This document shows, one piece after another, positions 12,336 through 20,360 of a stretch of DNA of 64,000 nt. Source of the DNA: Mycobacteriales bacterium (GTDB taxonomy: Bacteria > Actinomycetota > Actinomycetes > JAFAQI01); assembly GCA_035550655.1 (NCBI GenBank), contig DASZOU010000023.1, forward strand, positions 26,416 through 90,415. Reading direction: 5' to 3'. Below the pieces are notes generated by a model. The model ran no database searches, was not told where the DNA came from, and saw nothing but the letters and a program-made list of their open reading frames with translations. Each line of letters begins with the position of its first letter. Position 1 is the first letter of the stretch. Made by a program: the position numbers and the translations under genes.

Positions 12336-12422
12336 GGGTCATATGGTCGCGCGCGAATGGCCCAGTCGTCGATTCGCACCGCAAGATCGGTGGGTGACCC
12401 GCTGCTAGCCTCAGCCGTTGCC

Positions 12423-12494
12423 GCCCCCGTAGCTCAGGGGATAGAGCACCGCCCTCCGGAGGCGGTGGCGCAGGTTCGAATCCTGCCGGGGGCA
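12423..12494 (+). tRNA. tRNA-Arg(CCG)
   Basis: Acceptor GCCCCCG/CGGGGGC, D-arm TAGCTCAGGGGATAGAGC, anticodon arm CCGCC-CT-CCG-GA-GGCGG, T-loop GGTTCGAATCC; CCA not encoded. Confidence 0.96.
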
Positions 12495-13321
12495 CAAGCA
12501 AAGGAAGACCGCCGGCGTCGCAGCGCAGCCACTGCAGCAGCGGCGAGATAGAGGAGCGTCGCGACGGCCATGATCGCGAACGACACCGGGATCCGTGATG
12601 CCTCGTAGGCGATGACGATGCCGGCCCACAGGGTGGCGACCGCGAGCCCCGCCGAGAGCAGCAAACCGTGCCAGGGCCGGTTCGTCAGCAGTTGGGCCGC
12701 CGCTGGTGGAGCAGCCAGCAGCCCGAACAGGAGCAGCGCGCCGATGGCTTGGCTGGCCTCGGCTGCGGTAACGCCGACCAACGCAAGGAAGAGGGTTTCC
12801 AGCAGGCGAACCGGTACCCGTCGCGCGGCAGCCACGCCCGCGTCGAATGTCGTGAACAGCAGCGGGCGGGCGATGACGGCGACAACCGCGATCCCACCGA
12901 GGGCGACCCACGTGGCCGTGCGCGCATCTGCCGCGCTGATGCCGAAGATGGAGCCGAACAGCGCGTTGACGCTGGCGGCACCGTTCCCCGTCGCGCGATG
13001 CGTGGTGTAGAGGGCGAGGAAGAACACCCCGAGGCCGAGGATCCAGGCGAAGGTGGTGCCGATGACGACGTCGTCAGCTCCGCTGCGCCCGCCGATGACG
13101 CCAAGCAGCACGCCGACGGTGATGCACGCCGTGAACAGGCCGAGCCGCTCGTCGACGCCGGCGGCAAGCGCGGCAAGCGCGCCGGTGTAGGCGACATGAG
13201 ACAGCGCGTCACCGGCGAACACCTGGCCCCGCAGAACCACGAAGAAGCCGACAAGTCCGGAGAGCACAGCGATCGCGGTGCCGGCAAGCAGTGCGTGCTG
13301 AATGTAGGGAGCGGACAGCAT
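12434..13321 (-). CDS. Zn/Mn ABC transporter permease (ZnuB-like) B of system 1
   Basis: ABC-3 permease pattern (GDALSHVA, LFGSIFGI, IGALLLFGLLAAPPAAA); stop codon lies inside the tRNA antisense. Confidence 0.85.
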   Translation of the reverse strand: MLSAPYIQHALLAGTAIAVLSGLVGFFVVLRGQVFAGDALSHVAYTGALAALAAGVDERLGLFTACITVGVLLGVIGGRSGADDVVIGTTFAWILGLGVFFLALYTTHRATGNGAASVNALFGSIFGISAADARTATWVALGGIAVVAVIARPLLFTTFDAGVAAARRVPVRLLETLFLALVGVTAAEASQAIGALLLFGLLAAPPAAAQLLTNRPWHGLLLSAGLAVATLWAGIVIAYEASRIPVSFAIMAVATLLYLAAAAVAALRRRRSSFACAPGRIRTCATASGGRCSIP

Positions 13322-13371
13322 GGTCCCGAGATGTCCTACCGAGGTTGCCGTAGCCGCTGAATCGGTGCGGA

Positions 13372-14286
13372 TCATGCGGGGACTGCTCGGGTGGCTGGCG
13401 TACGCCGCGGCCGGCGCGCCCAGCCGTCGGCCACGGCGCGGTAGGCGCTGGCGAGCAGGAAGACCGCGAACGCCAACGTGGTCACCCAGAACCCGATCGG
13501 GTACGGGGAGAAGAACGCGATCCCTTCTCCGGCCCAGGTGACGGCGATCGCGATCAGGATCGAGAGAACGACACCAACCGGGGGTCGGGCGGTCAATCGG
13601 GTGGCGGCGGCTGCGGGGGCCACCAGCAGGGCGAAGACGAGCAGGCTGCCGGTGACTTGGCTGGTGCCGGCGGTCGCGACCCCGAGCAGGACGAGGAACA
13701 CGGCCCCGATCAAGCGAACCGGGACACCGCGGGAGCGGGCGGTGCTCGGGTCGATCGTCGCGAACAGCAACGGCCGGCTGATGGCCGCGAGGATCAGCAG
13801 GCACACCACGCCGGCGGCCAGCAACTCGGTGACTTGATGGTCGGTCACGCCGATGATGGAGCCGAACAGCAGGCTGTTCAGCCCGGTCAAGAAGCCCTTG
13901 TAGAGGCTGACGAACAGAAATCCGCAGGCGAGGGCGAATCCCTGCACCGTGCCGATGACGGCGGATTCCTCGCCGTAGCCCCCGAGACCTGACCGGGCCC
14001 GTCCCGAGCCTGGCAGGGCGGCGATGATCAAGGCGCCGACGATGCAGAACCCGTAGAAGCCGAGTGGGGTGGCTACCCCGAGATAGGTGGCGCCCGCCGC
14101 GCCGGGGAACCCGGCGACGGCCAGCGTGTGGCCGACGAAGCTTTGGCGACGCAGGACCATGAAGTAGCCGATGGCTCCGGCCACGACGGCGACGATGGTG
14201 CCGGCCCGCAGGGCGTTGACCATGAAATGCAACGCCAGGACCGCTCGGGCGTCAGCAAGGATGTTCCAGCTCAGCCCAGGGGTCAT
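13372..14286 (-). CDS. Zn/Mn ABC transporter permease A of system 1
   Basis: FVGHTLA, LLFGSIIGV, GSLLVFALLVAPAAAA. Confidence 0.87.
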   Translation of the reverse strand: MTPGLSWNILADARAVLALHFMVNALRAGTIVAVVAGAIGYFMVLRRQSFVGHTLAVAGFPGAAGATYLGVATPLGFYGFCIVGALIIAALPGSGRARSGLGGYGEESAVIGTVQGFALACGFLFVSLYKGFLTGLNSLLFGSIIGVTDHQVTELLAAGVVCLLILAAISRPLLFATIDPSTARSRGVPVRLIGAVFLVLLGVATAGTSQVTGSLLVFALLVAPAAAATRLTARPPVGVVLSILIAIAVTWAGEGIAFFSPYPIGFWVTTLAFAVFLLASAYRAVADGWARRPRRTPATRAVPA

Positions 14287-15191
14287 CGGTGGTCGTGTTC
14301 GGCGGGGGTATCAGGTTGCCCGACCACCACGAGACGTCCGAGGCGGTCGGTGAGGACGTCGATCGGCGTGCCGTACAGCATGGTGAGGGTGTCGGGTGTG
14401 ATCACCTCGGCGGGCGATCCCATCACCGCCCCACCGTGGGCGAGGTAGATGACCTGGTCGAGGTAGGAGATGAGCGGGTTCACGTCATGGGCGACGAGCA
14501 GAACGGCGACGTTCTCGCTGCGGGACACGTCGCGAATCAGCCGGCTGATCGCTGCCTGGTTGGTGACGTCGAGGCTGTCGAGCGGTTCGTCCAGGATCAG
14601 CAGGTCGGGGCGTCGTACCAGGGCTTGGGCGATGAGCAGGCGCTGCTGCTCGCCGCCTGAGCATTGACCGATCGGGCGGTGTGCGTATTCGGTGGCACCG
14701 ACCAGGTCGAGAACCTTCTCGACGCGCTCGCGGCCGGTGCGTCCCTTCTTGCCGGCGAGCCGGCTCGGCACGGGGATCCCCCACCGGTCGCCGTCCCAGC
14801 CGAGGCGGACGATGTCGACGCCGCGGATCCGGACGGACGTGTCGAACGCTCGGCGCTGCGGCAGGTAACCGATGCGCTTGTTGTGCTGTCCCGGGCGTCC
14901 GCCGAGTACCGCAGCTTCGCCCGCGACGAGTGGAACCAGGCCGAGGATCGCTTTCAGCAGCGTCGACTTGCCGACGCCGTTCGGGCCGAGAACCGCGACG
15001 AACTCACCGGCTGACACGCGGAGACTGACCTCGGACCACACTCGTCGGTGACCGACCACCGCCGCGGCCCGGCTCAGCTCGACGACCGGCCCGACATCAC
15101 CCTTGGGTCTGCCGGCTTCCGGGCGTGCGTCAACCCGCTGACCGTCGGGTTCAGCCGCCACCTCGGCGCGGTGCTGCAACCGCCTGGTCAC
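14283..15191 (-). CDS. Zn/Mn ABC transporter ATPase of system 1
   Basis: GPNGVGKST, CSGGEQQR, LILDEP. Confidence 0.92.
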   Translation of the reverse strand: MTRRLQHRAEVAAEPDGQRVDARPEAGRPKGDVGPVVELSRAAAVVGHRRVWSEVSLRVSAGEFVAVLGPNGVGKSTLLKAILGLVPLVAGEAAVLGGRPGQHNKRIGYLPQRRAFDTSVRIRGVDIVRLGWDGDRWGIPVPSRLAGKKGRTGRERVEKVLDLVGATEYAHRPIGQCSGGEQQRLLIAQALVRRPDLLILDEPLDSLDVTNQAAISRLIRDVSRSENVAVLLVAHDVNPLISYLDQVIYLAHGGAVMGSPAEVITPDTLTMLYGTPIDVLTDRLGRLVVVGQPDTPAEHDHR

Positions 15192-16111
15192 CTACCGGTC
15201 GCTTTGTGCAGTGCGTCGGCGAGATCCTGGAGCTGTGCCGACTGCCACTGCTGGAAGGAGTCGTTGGCCGGGGTGAGCGTTTCGGTGACCTTCGCGATCG
15301 GGATCCCAGCGTTCATCGCCTCTTTAACCTGAGCCGTCACGTCTGGGGTCGCGTTCTGGGTGTTGAAGACGTAGACCTTGTCCTCGTGGCTGGTGATCTG
15401 CTGGTTGATCGTGCTCAGGTCGGCCGGGGAGGGATCAGTACCGTTATTGACCGCGTCCATGAATGACGGCGGCGTGATCAGGTCCAGTTTCAGTGCTTGA
15501 GCGAGCAGGACGAAAATCGATTCGCTTGCCTCGACCTTCACTCCGGCGTATCTGGTCTGGATCTCGTTGATCAGCGAGTGATAGGTCGCGAGTCCCTTGG
15601 TCTCGAATGTGTGCAACTGGTTCGCGTAGTAGGACGCATCAGCTGGGTCGAGTTTGGTGAGATCGGTGGCGATGGCCTGAGCGACTTGGTTCACGTCGGT
15701 CGGTGAGTACCAGCGATGCGGGTTGGCATCGCCCGGCAGGCCGAGCAGGGTCTGGACATCGAGCACCACCCGTTTCGAGTCGGGGCTCGCCGCCAGCGAC
15801 TTCGCCGCCCACGGGTCGTAGCCGATGCCGTTCTCGACGAACAGCTGTGAGCCCGCGATCACGGTGCCGTCACGAGGAGTCGACTCGTAGTCGTGCGGGT
15901 CGGTGTCGGGGTTGGTGATGATCGATGTCTCGTGGACGTGCGACCCGCCGATCTGGGACAGCACGCTGCCCCACACGTTGATGCTCGCCGCAACCTGGAG
16001 AACCTTGCCGGCGCCTGGCGGTGCGCTCGAACCAGATGAGGTGCTGCACCCGGACACCAGGGTCGCCCCAACTGCGACAGCAACTGCGGGCGCGATCCAG
16101 ATTCGGCGCAT
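15188..16111 (-). CDS. Zn/Mn ABC substrate-binding lipoprotein (cluster A-I) of system 1
   Basis: Lipobox VSGC, DPHDYE, NPHRWYSP; AGGAGG RBS. Confidence 0.9.
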   Translation of the reverse strand: MRRIWIAPAVAVAVGATLVSGCSTSSGSSAPPGAGKVLQVAASINVWGSVLSQIGGSHVHETSIITNPDTDPHDYESTPRDGTVIAGSQLFVENGIGYDPWAAKSLAASPDSKRVVLDVQTLLGLPGDANPHRWYSPTDVNQVAQAIATDLTKLDPADASYYANQLHTFETKGLATYHSLINEIQTRYAGVKVEASESIFVLLAQALKLDLITPPSFMDAVNNGTDPSPADLSTINQQITSHEDKVYVFNTQNATPDVTAQVKEAMNAGIPIAKVTETLTPANDSFQQWQSAQLQDLADALHKATGR

Positions 16112-16156
16112 TACGGGTCGTCCTCCTGATGGCTTCTGAGACAGCTAGCGAGGTCT

Positions 16157-16177
16157 TAATAGTGTTGGGGTTCATTA
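16157..16177. promoter_or_regulatory. Candidate Zur box between the divergent metal-ABC operons
   Basis: 21-mer, minus strand TAATGAACCCCAACACTATTA; fits the TAATG-N11-CATTA outer arms imperfectly; AT-rich spot in GC-rich DNA. Confidence 0.4.
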
Positions 16178-16329
16178 CCAATATCATGGGTGGCGAGACG
16201 CGGCAAGGCAGCCGCGGCGCGGCAGCGTGATTGAAGTGGAACCCACTGTCGTTTATCTTGTTGGCAGTCGATACCGTTAGCCGCCACTTCAGACGACCCG
16301 TTCCGTCGTCGCCACCACGAGGAGTTTTC

Positions 16330-17280
16330 GTGTTCTCCACGCCTTCTGCCGCCCGGCAAGTGCTGTCAGCCTCGATTGCCGCGGGGGCCCTTTTGGCGCT
16401 CGCAGCGTGCGGCTCGTCGTCGAGTGGCGGCGGATCTGCTCCACAGTCTTCAGACACGGGCAGCAGCACCCCGACCAAGACGATCCAGGTGGTGGCCGGT
16501 GAGAACTTCTGGGGGAACATCGCGGAGCAGATCGGCGGGTCGCACGTGCACGTGACGTCGATCATCACCGACCCGAACACGGACCCGCACGAGTACGAGA
16601 CCGACCCCAACGATGCGGCCGCCGTCGCGGCGGCTCAGTTCGTGATCGAGAACGGCGTGGGCTACGACGACTTCCTCCCCAAGGAGATCTCGACCGCCGG
16701 AGGGTCGAAGCAGGTGCTGAACGTGCAGCAACTGTGCGGGGTGACGGGCAGCAACCCGAACCCGCACCTGTGGTACTCGCCGACCTACGTGCTGAAGACC
16801 GCAGCGGCCATCGAGTCGCGATTCGCGAGCGACGATCCCGCCGACGCCGGCACCTTCCAGGCCAACCTCGCGACGTTCACGCAGGCATACCAGCCCTACA
16901 TCCAGACCATCCACGCGATCAAGGCGAAGTACGGCGGCGACGCGATCTCCTACACCGAGCGGGTACCCGGCTACCTGGTCCTCGCCGCCGGCCTTCACCT
17001 CGGCACGCCCGCGGCGTTCTCGCAGGCCGTCGAGGACGGCACCGACCCAACCCCTGCGGACACGGCCACCTTCAACTCCGACATCCAGCAGCACAAGGTG
17101 AAGGTGCTGCTGTACAACTCCCAGGTCGTGGACGCCCAGACCACGAAGATCAAGCAGACCGCGACATCGGCCGGGGTGCCGATCGTCGGGGTGAGCGAGA
17201 CGATCCCGGCAAAGTTCTCTACCTTCCAGGCATGGCAGATCGCACAGGCGAGGTCGCTGCTGGCAGCGCTCGGGAAGTAG
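16330..17280 (+). CDS. Zn/Mn ABC substrate-binding lipoprotein of system 2 (ZnuA-like)
   Basis: AGGAG RBS then GTG 16330; lipobox LAAC; DPHEYE, NPHLWYSP. Confidence 0.9.
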   Translation: MFSTPSAARQVLSASIAAGALLALAACGSSSSGGGSAPQSSDTGSSTPTKTIQVVAGENFWGNIAEQIGGSHVHVTSIITDPNTDPHEYETDPNDAAAVAAAQFVIENGVGYDDFLPKEISTAGGSKQVLNVQQLCGVTGSNPNPHLWYSPTYVLKTAAAIESRFASDDPADAGTFQANLATFTQAYQPYIQTIHAIKAKYGGDAISYTERVPGYLVLAAGLHLGTPAAFSQAVEDGTDPTPADTATFNSDIQQHKVKVLLYNSQVVDAQTTKIKQTATSAGVPIVGVSETIPAKFSTFQAWQIAQARSLLAALGK

Positions 17281-17283
17281 CCG

Positions 17284-18129
17284 GTGTCGGCCGCTGACGT
17301 CGCGCCCGTCGTACAACTCCACGACGCGGCACTCCGGTTCGGAGAGCGCACCGTCTGGAGCGGCCTCAACCTCGACGTTGCGCCGGGCGAGTTCGTCGCT
17401 GTCCTCGGCCCGAACGGATCGGGAAAGACCAGCCTGCTGAAGGTCCTGCTCGGCTTGCAGCGGCTGACCTCCGGAGCGGTCGAGGTGGGCGGATCGTCAC
17501 CCAGCCGCGGCAGTAGGTCGGTCGGATACGTTCCGCAGCAGAAGGGGTTCGACCGCGACGTGCCGCTACGGGGCCGCGACCTGGTGGCGCTCGGACTCGA
17601 CGGACACCGATGGGGCGTCCCGTTGCCGTCTCGGGCGCGGCGCGGTCGGGTCGACGCCGCACTGGCCGACGTCGGAGCGCAGCGTTACGCCAAGGCCGCC
17701 GTCGGAAGACTGTCCGGCGGTGAACAGCAGCGGCTGCGGATGGCGCAGGCGCTGCTCGGTGATCCGGCCCTGCTGCTGTGCGACGAGCCGTTGCTCTCCC
17801 TCGACCTGCACCACCAGCGGGTCATCACCGAGCTCGTCGACCGGCGACGACGCGAGCACGGCACCGCCGTGCTGTTCGTCACCCACGAGGTCAACCCGGT
17901 CCTCCCCTTGGTGGACCGCGTCCTGTACCTCGCGGAAGGGCGATGGGCGAGCGGCGCGCCGGACGAGGTACTCACCAGCGAACGGTTGTCCGCCCTGTAT
18001 GGAACTCCGGTCGAGGTCGTTCGAATCGGTGGCCGGGTCATCGTCGCCGGCACCCCAGACGCCGTCCATGCCGAGCCCGGTGGTTCGCACCACCATCCCG
18101 ACGATTCCGCTGGCGCGATCCCGCGATGA
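17284..18129 (+). CDS. Zn/Mn ABC ATPase of system 2 (ZnuC-like)
   Basis: GPNGSGKT, LSGGEQQR, LCDEP; C-terminal HHH. Confidence 0.92.
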   Translation: MSAADVAPVVQLHDAALRFGERTVWSGLNLDVAPGEFVAVLGPNGSGKTSLLKVLLGLQRLTSGAVEVGGSSPSRGSRSVGYVPQQKGFDRDVPLRGRDLVALGLDGHRWGVPLPSRARRGRVDAALADVGAQRYAKAAVGRLSGGEQQRLRMAQALLGDPALLLCDEPLLSLDLHHQRVITELVDRRRREHGTAVLFVTHEVNPVLPLVDRVLYLAEGRWASGAPDEVLTSERLSALYGTPVEVVRIGGRVIVAGTPDAVHAEPGGSHHHPDDSAGAIPR

Positions 18130-19022
18130 CCACCCACTGGGGATACCTGCACCTCGCCTTCGCGCAGCATGCGCTCATCGCCGCATCGATCGTGGCGGTG
18201 ATCAGCGGTGTCGTCGGCCCGTTCGTCATCACCCGCGGCATGTCCTTCGCCGTCCACGGTGCCGCGGAGCTCGCACTGACCGGTGCCGCAGCGGGACTGC
18301 TGATCGCCAACGATGCCGTTTCGGGCGCCCTGGTCGGTTCCGTCGTCGTGGCGGGGGCATTCGGTGTTCTCGCCGTCCGGGAGCGGGAGCGTGACTCCGC
18401 GATCGGCGTCGTGCTCGGTCTCGGTCTCGGTCTCGGCTTCTACCTGTTGCACTTCTACCACGGGTTCGAAACCGAAGCGCTGGACATCCTCGTCGGGCAG
18501 ATCACCTCTGTCGGCACCACGCAGATCGAGATCCTCGTCGCGGTCGCACTCGCCGTGCTCGTCGCGATGATTGCGTTGTACCGGCCGCTTACCTTCGCCA
18601 GCGTCGACCTCGATCTTGCGGAAGCCCGCGGCGTCCGCACCCGGCTCGTCGGGCTGTTGTTCCTGCTGCTGCTGTGCGTGACCGTTACCGAGGCCGCGCA
18701 GGTGGTCGGGACCGTCCTCGTGCTCAGCCTCGTCATCACCCCGGCCGCGGCGGCCCAGCGCCTGTCCGCCCACCCCGGGGTCGTCATTGGGCTCTCCACC
18801 GTCTTTGCGCTCATCGCCGCCGACGGCGGCCTGCTCGTCAACATCGTCTACGTGCCCGACGTCCGGGCCAGTTCCTTCATCACCTTCATCGCGTTCGCGA
18901 TCTACGCTCTCGCCCGGATCGCCGCAGCAACTCGTCATTCGCTGGGCGGTCGCGGCGAGCTCCCCGCCGACCCGGAGCACTCGGATGCCACGGCAGACGT
19001 GACCGACGGAGCGGTTGGCTAA
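18126..19022 (+). CDS. Zn/Mn ABC permease of system 2 (ZnuB-like)
   Basis: FAVHGAAEL, VGTVLVLSLVITPAAAA; ATGA overlap. Confidence 0.88.
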   Translation: MTTHWGYLHLAFAQHALIAASIVAVISGVVGPFVITRGMSFAVHGAAELALTGAAAGLLIANDAVSGALVGSVVVAGAFGVLAVRERERDSAIGVVLGLGLGLGFYLLHFYHGFETEALDILVGQITSVGTTQIEILVAVALAVLVAMIALYRPLTFASVDLDLAEARGVRTRLVGLLFLLLLCVTVTEAAQVVGTVLVLSLVITPAAAAQRLSAHPGVVIGLSTVFALIAADGGLLVNIVYVPDVRASSFITFIAFAIYALARIAAATRHSLGGRGELPADPEHSDATADVTDGAVG

Positions 19023-19043
19023 TACATGAATAGGTTCTAATAT
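19015..19043 (+). promoter_or_regulatory. Housekeeping-sigma leaderless promoter for smtB with a probable ArsR/SmtB operator in the spacer
   Basis: TTGGCT-N17-TAATAT-N6-GTG; the spacer read on the minus strand, TATTCATGTATT, resembles an SmtB half-site. Confidence 0.65.
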
Positions 19044-19049
19044 CAATGT

Positions 19050-19361
19050 GTGAGCACACCTGCGGTGGCAGCACCCGGTGGGCAGCGGCTCGTCGCCGCA
19101 GCGGAGTTGCTGCGCGCGCTGGCCTCGCCGGTCCGGTTGTCCCTGATCGCTGAGCTCGGCGACGGGCCGCGGTGCGTGCACGAGCTCGTGACTGCCTGCG
19201 GGGCGAGCCAATCGTTGGTCAGCCAGCACCTGCGGGTGCTGCGCGGATCCCGGTTGGTTCGCGCCGAACGCCGCGGTCGTGAAGTCGTGTACACGCTCAC
19301 GGACACCCACGTCAGTCACATCGTGGCTGACGCCATCTCCCATGCCGAGGAGGCAGAATGA
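19050..19361 (+). CDS. smtB: ArsR/SmtB-family zinc-sensing repressor (alpha5 site)
   Basis: SQSLVSQHLRVL HTH; alpha5 motif D-x-H-x10-H-x2-E (DTHVSHIVADAISHAEE); lies before a Fur-family gene as in mycobacterial smtB-zur. Confidence 0.85.
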   Translation: MSTPAVAAPGGQRLVAAAELLRALASPVRLSLIAELGDGPRCVHELVTACGASQSLVSQHLRVLRGSRLVRAERRGREVVYTLTDTHVSHIVADAISHAEEAE

Positions 19362-19516
19362 GCACGCCAACCACCGAGCACGACGTCCACACCGAGCACG
19401 AGCACGAGCACGGCGAGGACTGCGGCCACGAGACCGTGCAGCACGGCGACCACATCGACTACATCCACGACGGGCACAAGCACGCCGCCCACGACGACCA
19501 CTGGGACGAGCACTGA
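19358..19516 (+). CDS. 52-aa His/Asp/Glu-rich putative metal-binding peptide (absent from ORF track)
   Basis: MSTPTTEHDVHTEHEHEHGEDCGHETVQHGDHIDYIHDGHKHAAHDDHWDEH; 14 His; GAGGAGG RBS; ATGA overlap with smtB; GC3-rich codons. Confidence 0.88.
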   Translation: MSTPTTEHDVHTEHEHEHGEDCGHETVQHGDHIDYIHDGHKHAAHDDHWDEH

Positions 19517-20004
19517 GCACTTCCCGCAGCGCAGCACCGCCGCCTCCGACGCAACAGGGGGCGGCGGTCGAGCGTCCGGTCGCACGCCTACGCGCCACTC
19601 GCCAAGCGGCGGCGATCGACGAGGTTCTGGCGGCGAACCATGGCTTCCGCAGCGCCCACGAGGTGTACGACGAACTGCGTCGGCGAGGTGAGCGTGTCGG
19701 TATGACGACCGTCTACCGGCAACTCAAGCTGCTCGCCGACTCCGGCGTTCTCGACGTGGTCAACCGCCCCGACGGCGAGGCCGGGTACCGGCTGTGCGGG
19801 CCGACCGCCGCCGAGGCGAACGGGCACCATCACCATCTCGTCTGCAAAGTCTGCGGCTACACGGTCGAAGTCGAGGGCCCCGAGGTCGAGCGGTGGGCAG
19901 ACCGAGTCGCGTCAGACGCCGGCTTCACCAACGTCACCCACACCGTCGAGATCTTTGGCGACTGCGGACGGCACTCCCCGCGAAGCCGGCGCAAGAGCTC
20001 CTAG
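19513..20004 (+). CDS. zur: Fur-family zinc uptake regulator (Zur/FurB); probable CTG start
   Basis: RATRQ, FRSAHEV, TTVYRQL, HHHLVCKVCG, FGDC; no ATG/GTG/TTG in frame between the peptide and the DNA-binding helix, but a CTGA overlap at 19513. Confidence 0.82.
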   Translation: MSTSRSAAPPPPTQQGAAVERPVARLRATRQAAAIDEVLAANHGFRSAHEVYDELRRRGERVGMTTVYRQLKLLADSGVLDVVNRPDGEAGYRLCGPTAAEANGHHHHLVCKVCGYTVEVEGPEVERWADRVASDAGFTNVTHTVEIFGDCGRHSPRSRRKSS

Positions 20005-20279
20005 CTGCCCTTTGCGGCGGACTTCAGCGTCTGGCCCGGCGTCAGCTTCGCGCTGAACCCGGCGGGAACCGTCATCGGCTCACCGGTGTGCGGGTTGCGC
20101 CCCTGACGCTCAGCGCGGCTGACCCGCTCCGCGGTGAGGAATCCCGGCACGGTGACCTTCTCGCCTCGAGCGAGCGCTTCCGCCAGCACATCTCGCGTCC
20201 CATCGAGAGCCATCCCCACATCGGCGCCCAGCAGCCCGGTACGCCGCGCGACTTCCTCAATCAGCTCCGAGCGATTCAT
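20001..20279 (-). CDS. hup: HU-family DNA-binding protein
   Basis: MNRSELIEEVA...VTVPGF...RAERQGRNPHTGE; AGGAG RBS. Confidence 0.9.
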   Translation of the reverse strand: MNRSELIEEVARRTGLLGADVGMALDGTRDVLAEALARGEKVTVPGFLTAERVSRAERQGRNPHTGEPMTVPAGFSAKLTPGQTLKSAAKGS

Positions 20280-20339
20280 GAACACTCCTGGCGAAGGTCG
20301 GCGGGTCGGCGTTGCTCCGACCTCATGTGGGATCTATGT

Positions 20340-20360
20340 TATCGGATGTGGACCCCAATA
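20340..20360. promoter_or_regulatory. Inverted repeat / candidate Zur-type operator between hup and the CobW-like gene
   Basis: TTATCGG-N15-CCGATAA at 20339-20367; the minus-strand 21-mer TATTG-N11-CGATA resembles the mycobacterial Zur box arms. Confidence 0.3.

Noticed and set aside
16225-16282. Further Zur boxes near the system 2 SBP start
   Set aside because: Partial matches only (about 11 of 18 positions by eye); cannot be told from chance without a PWM
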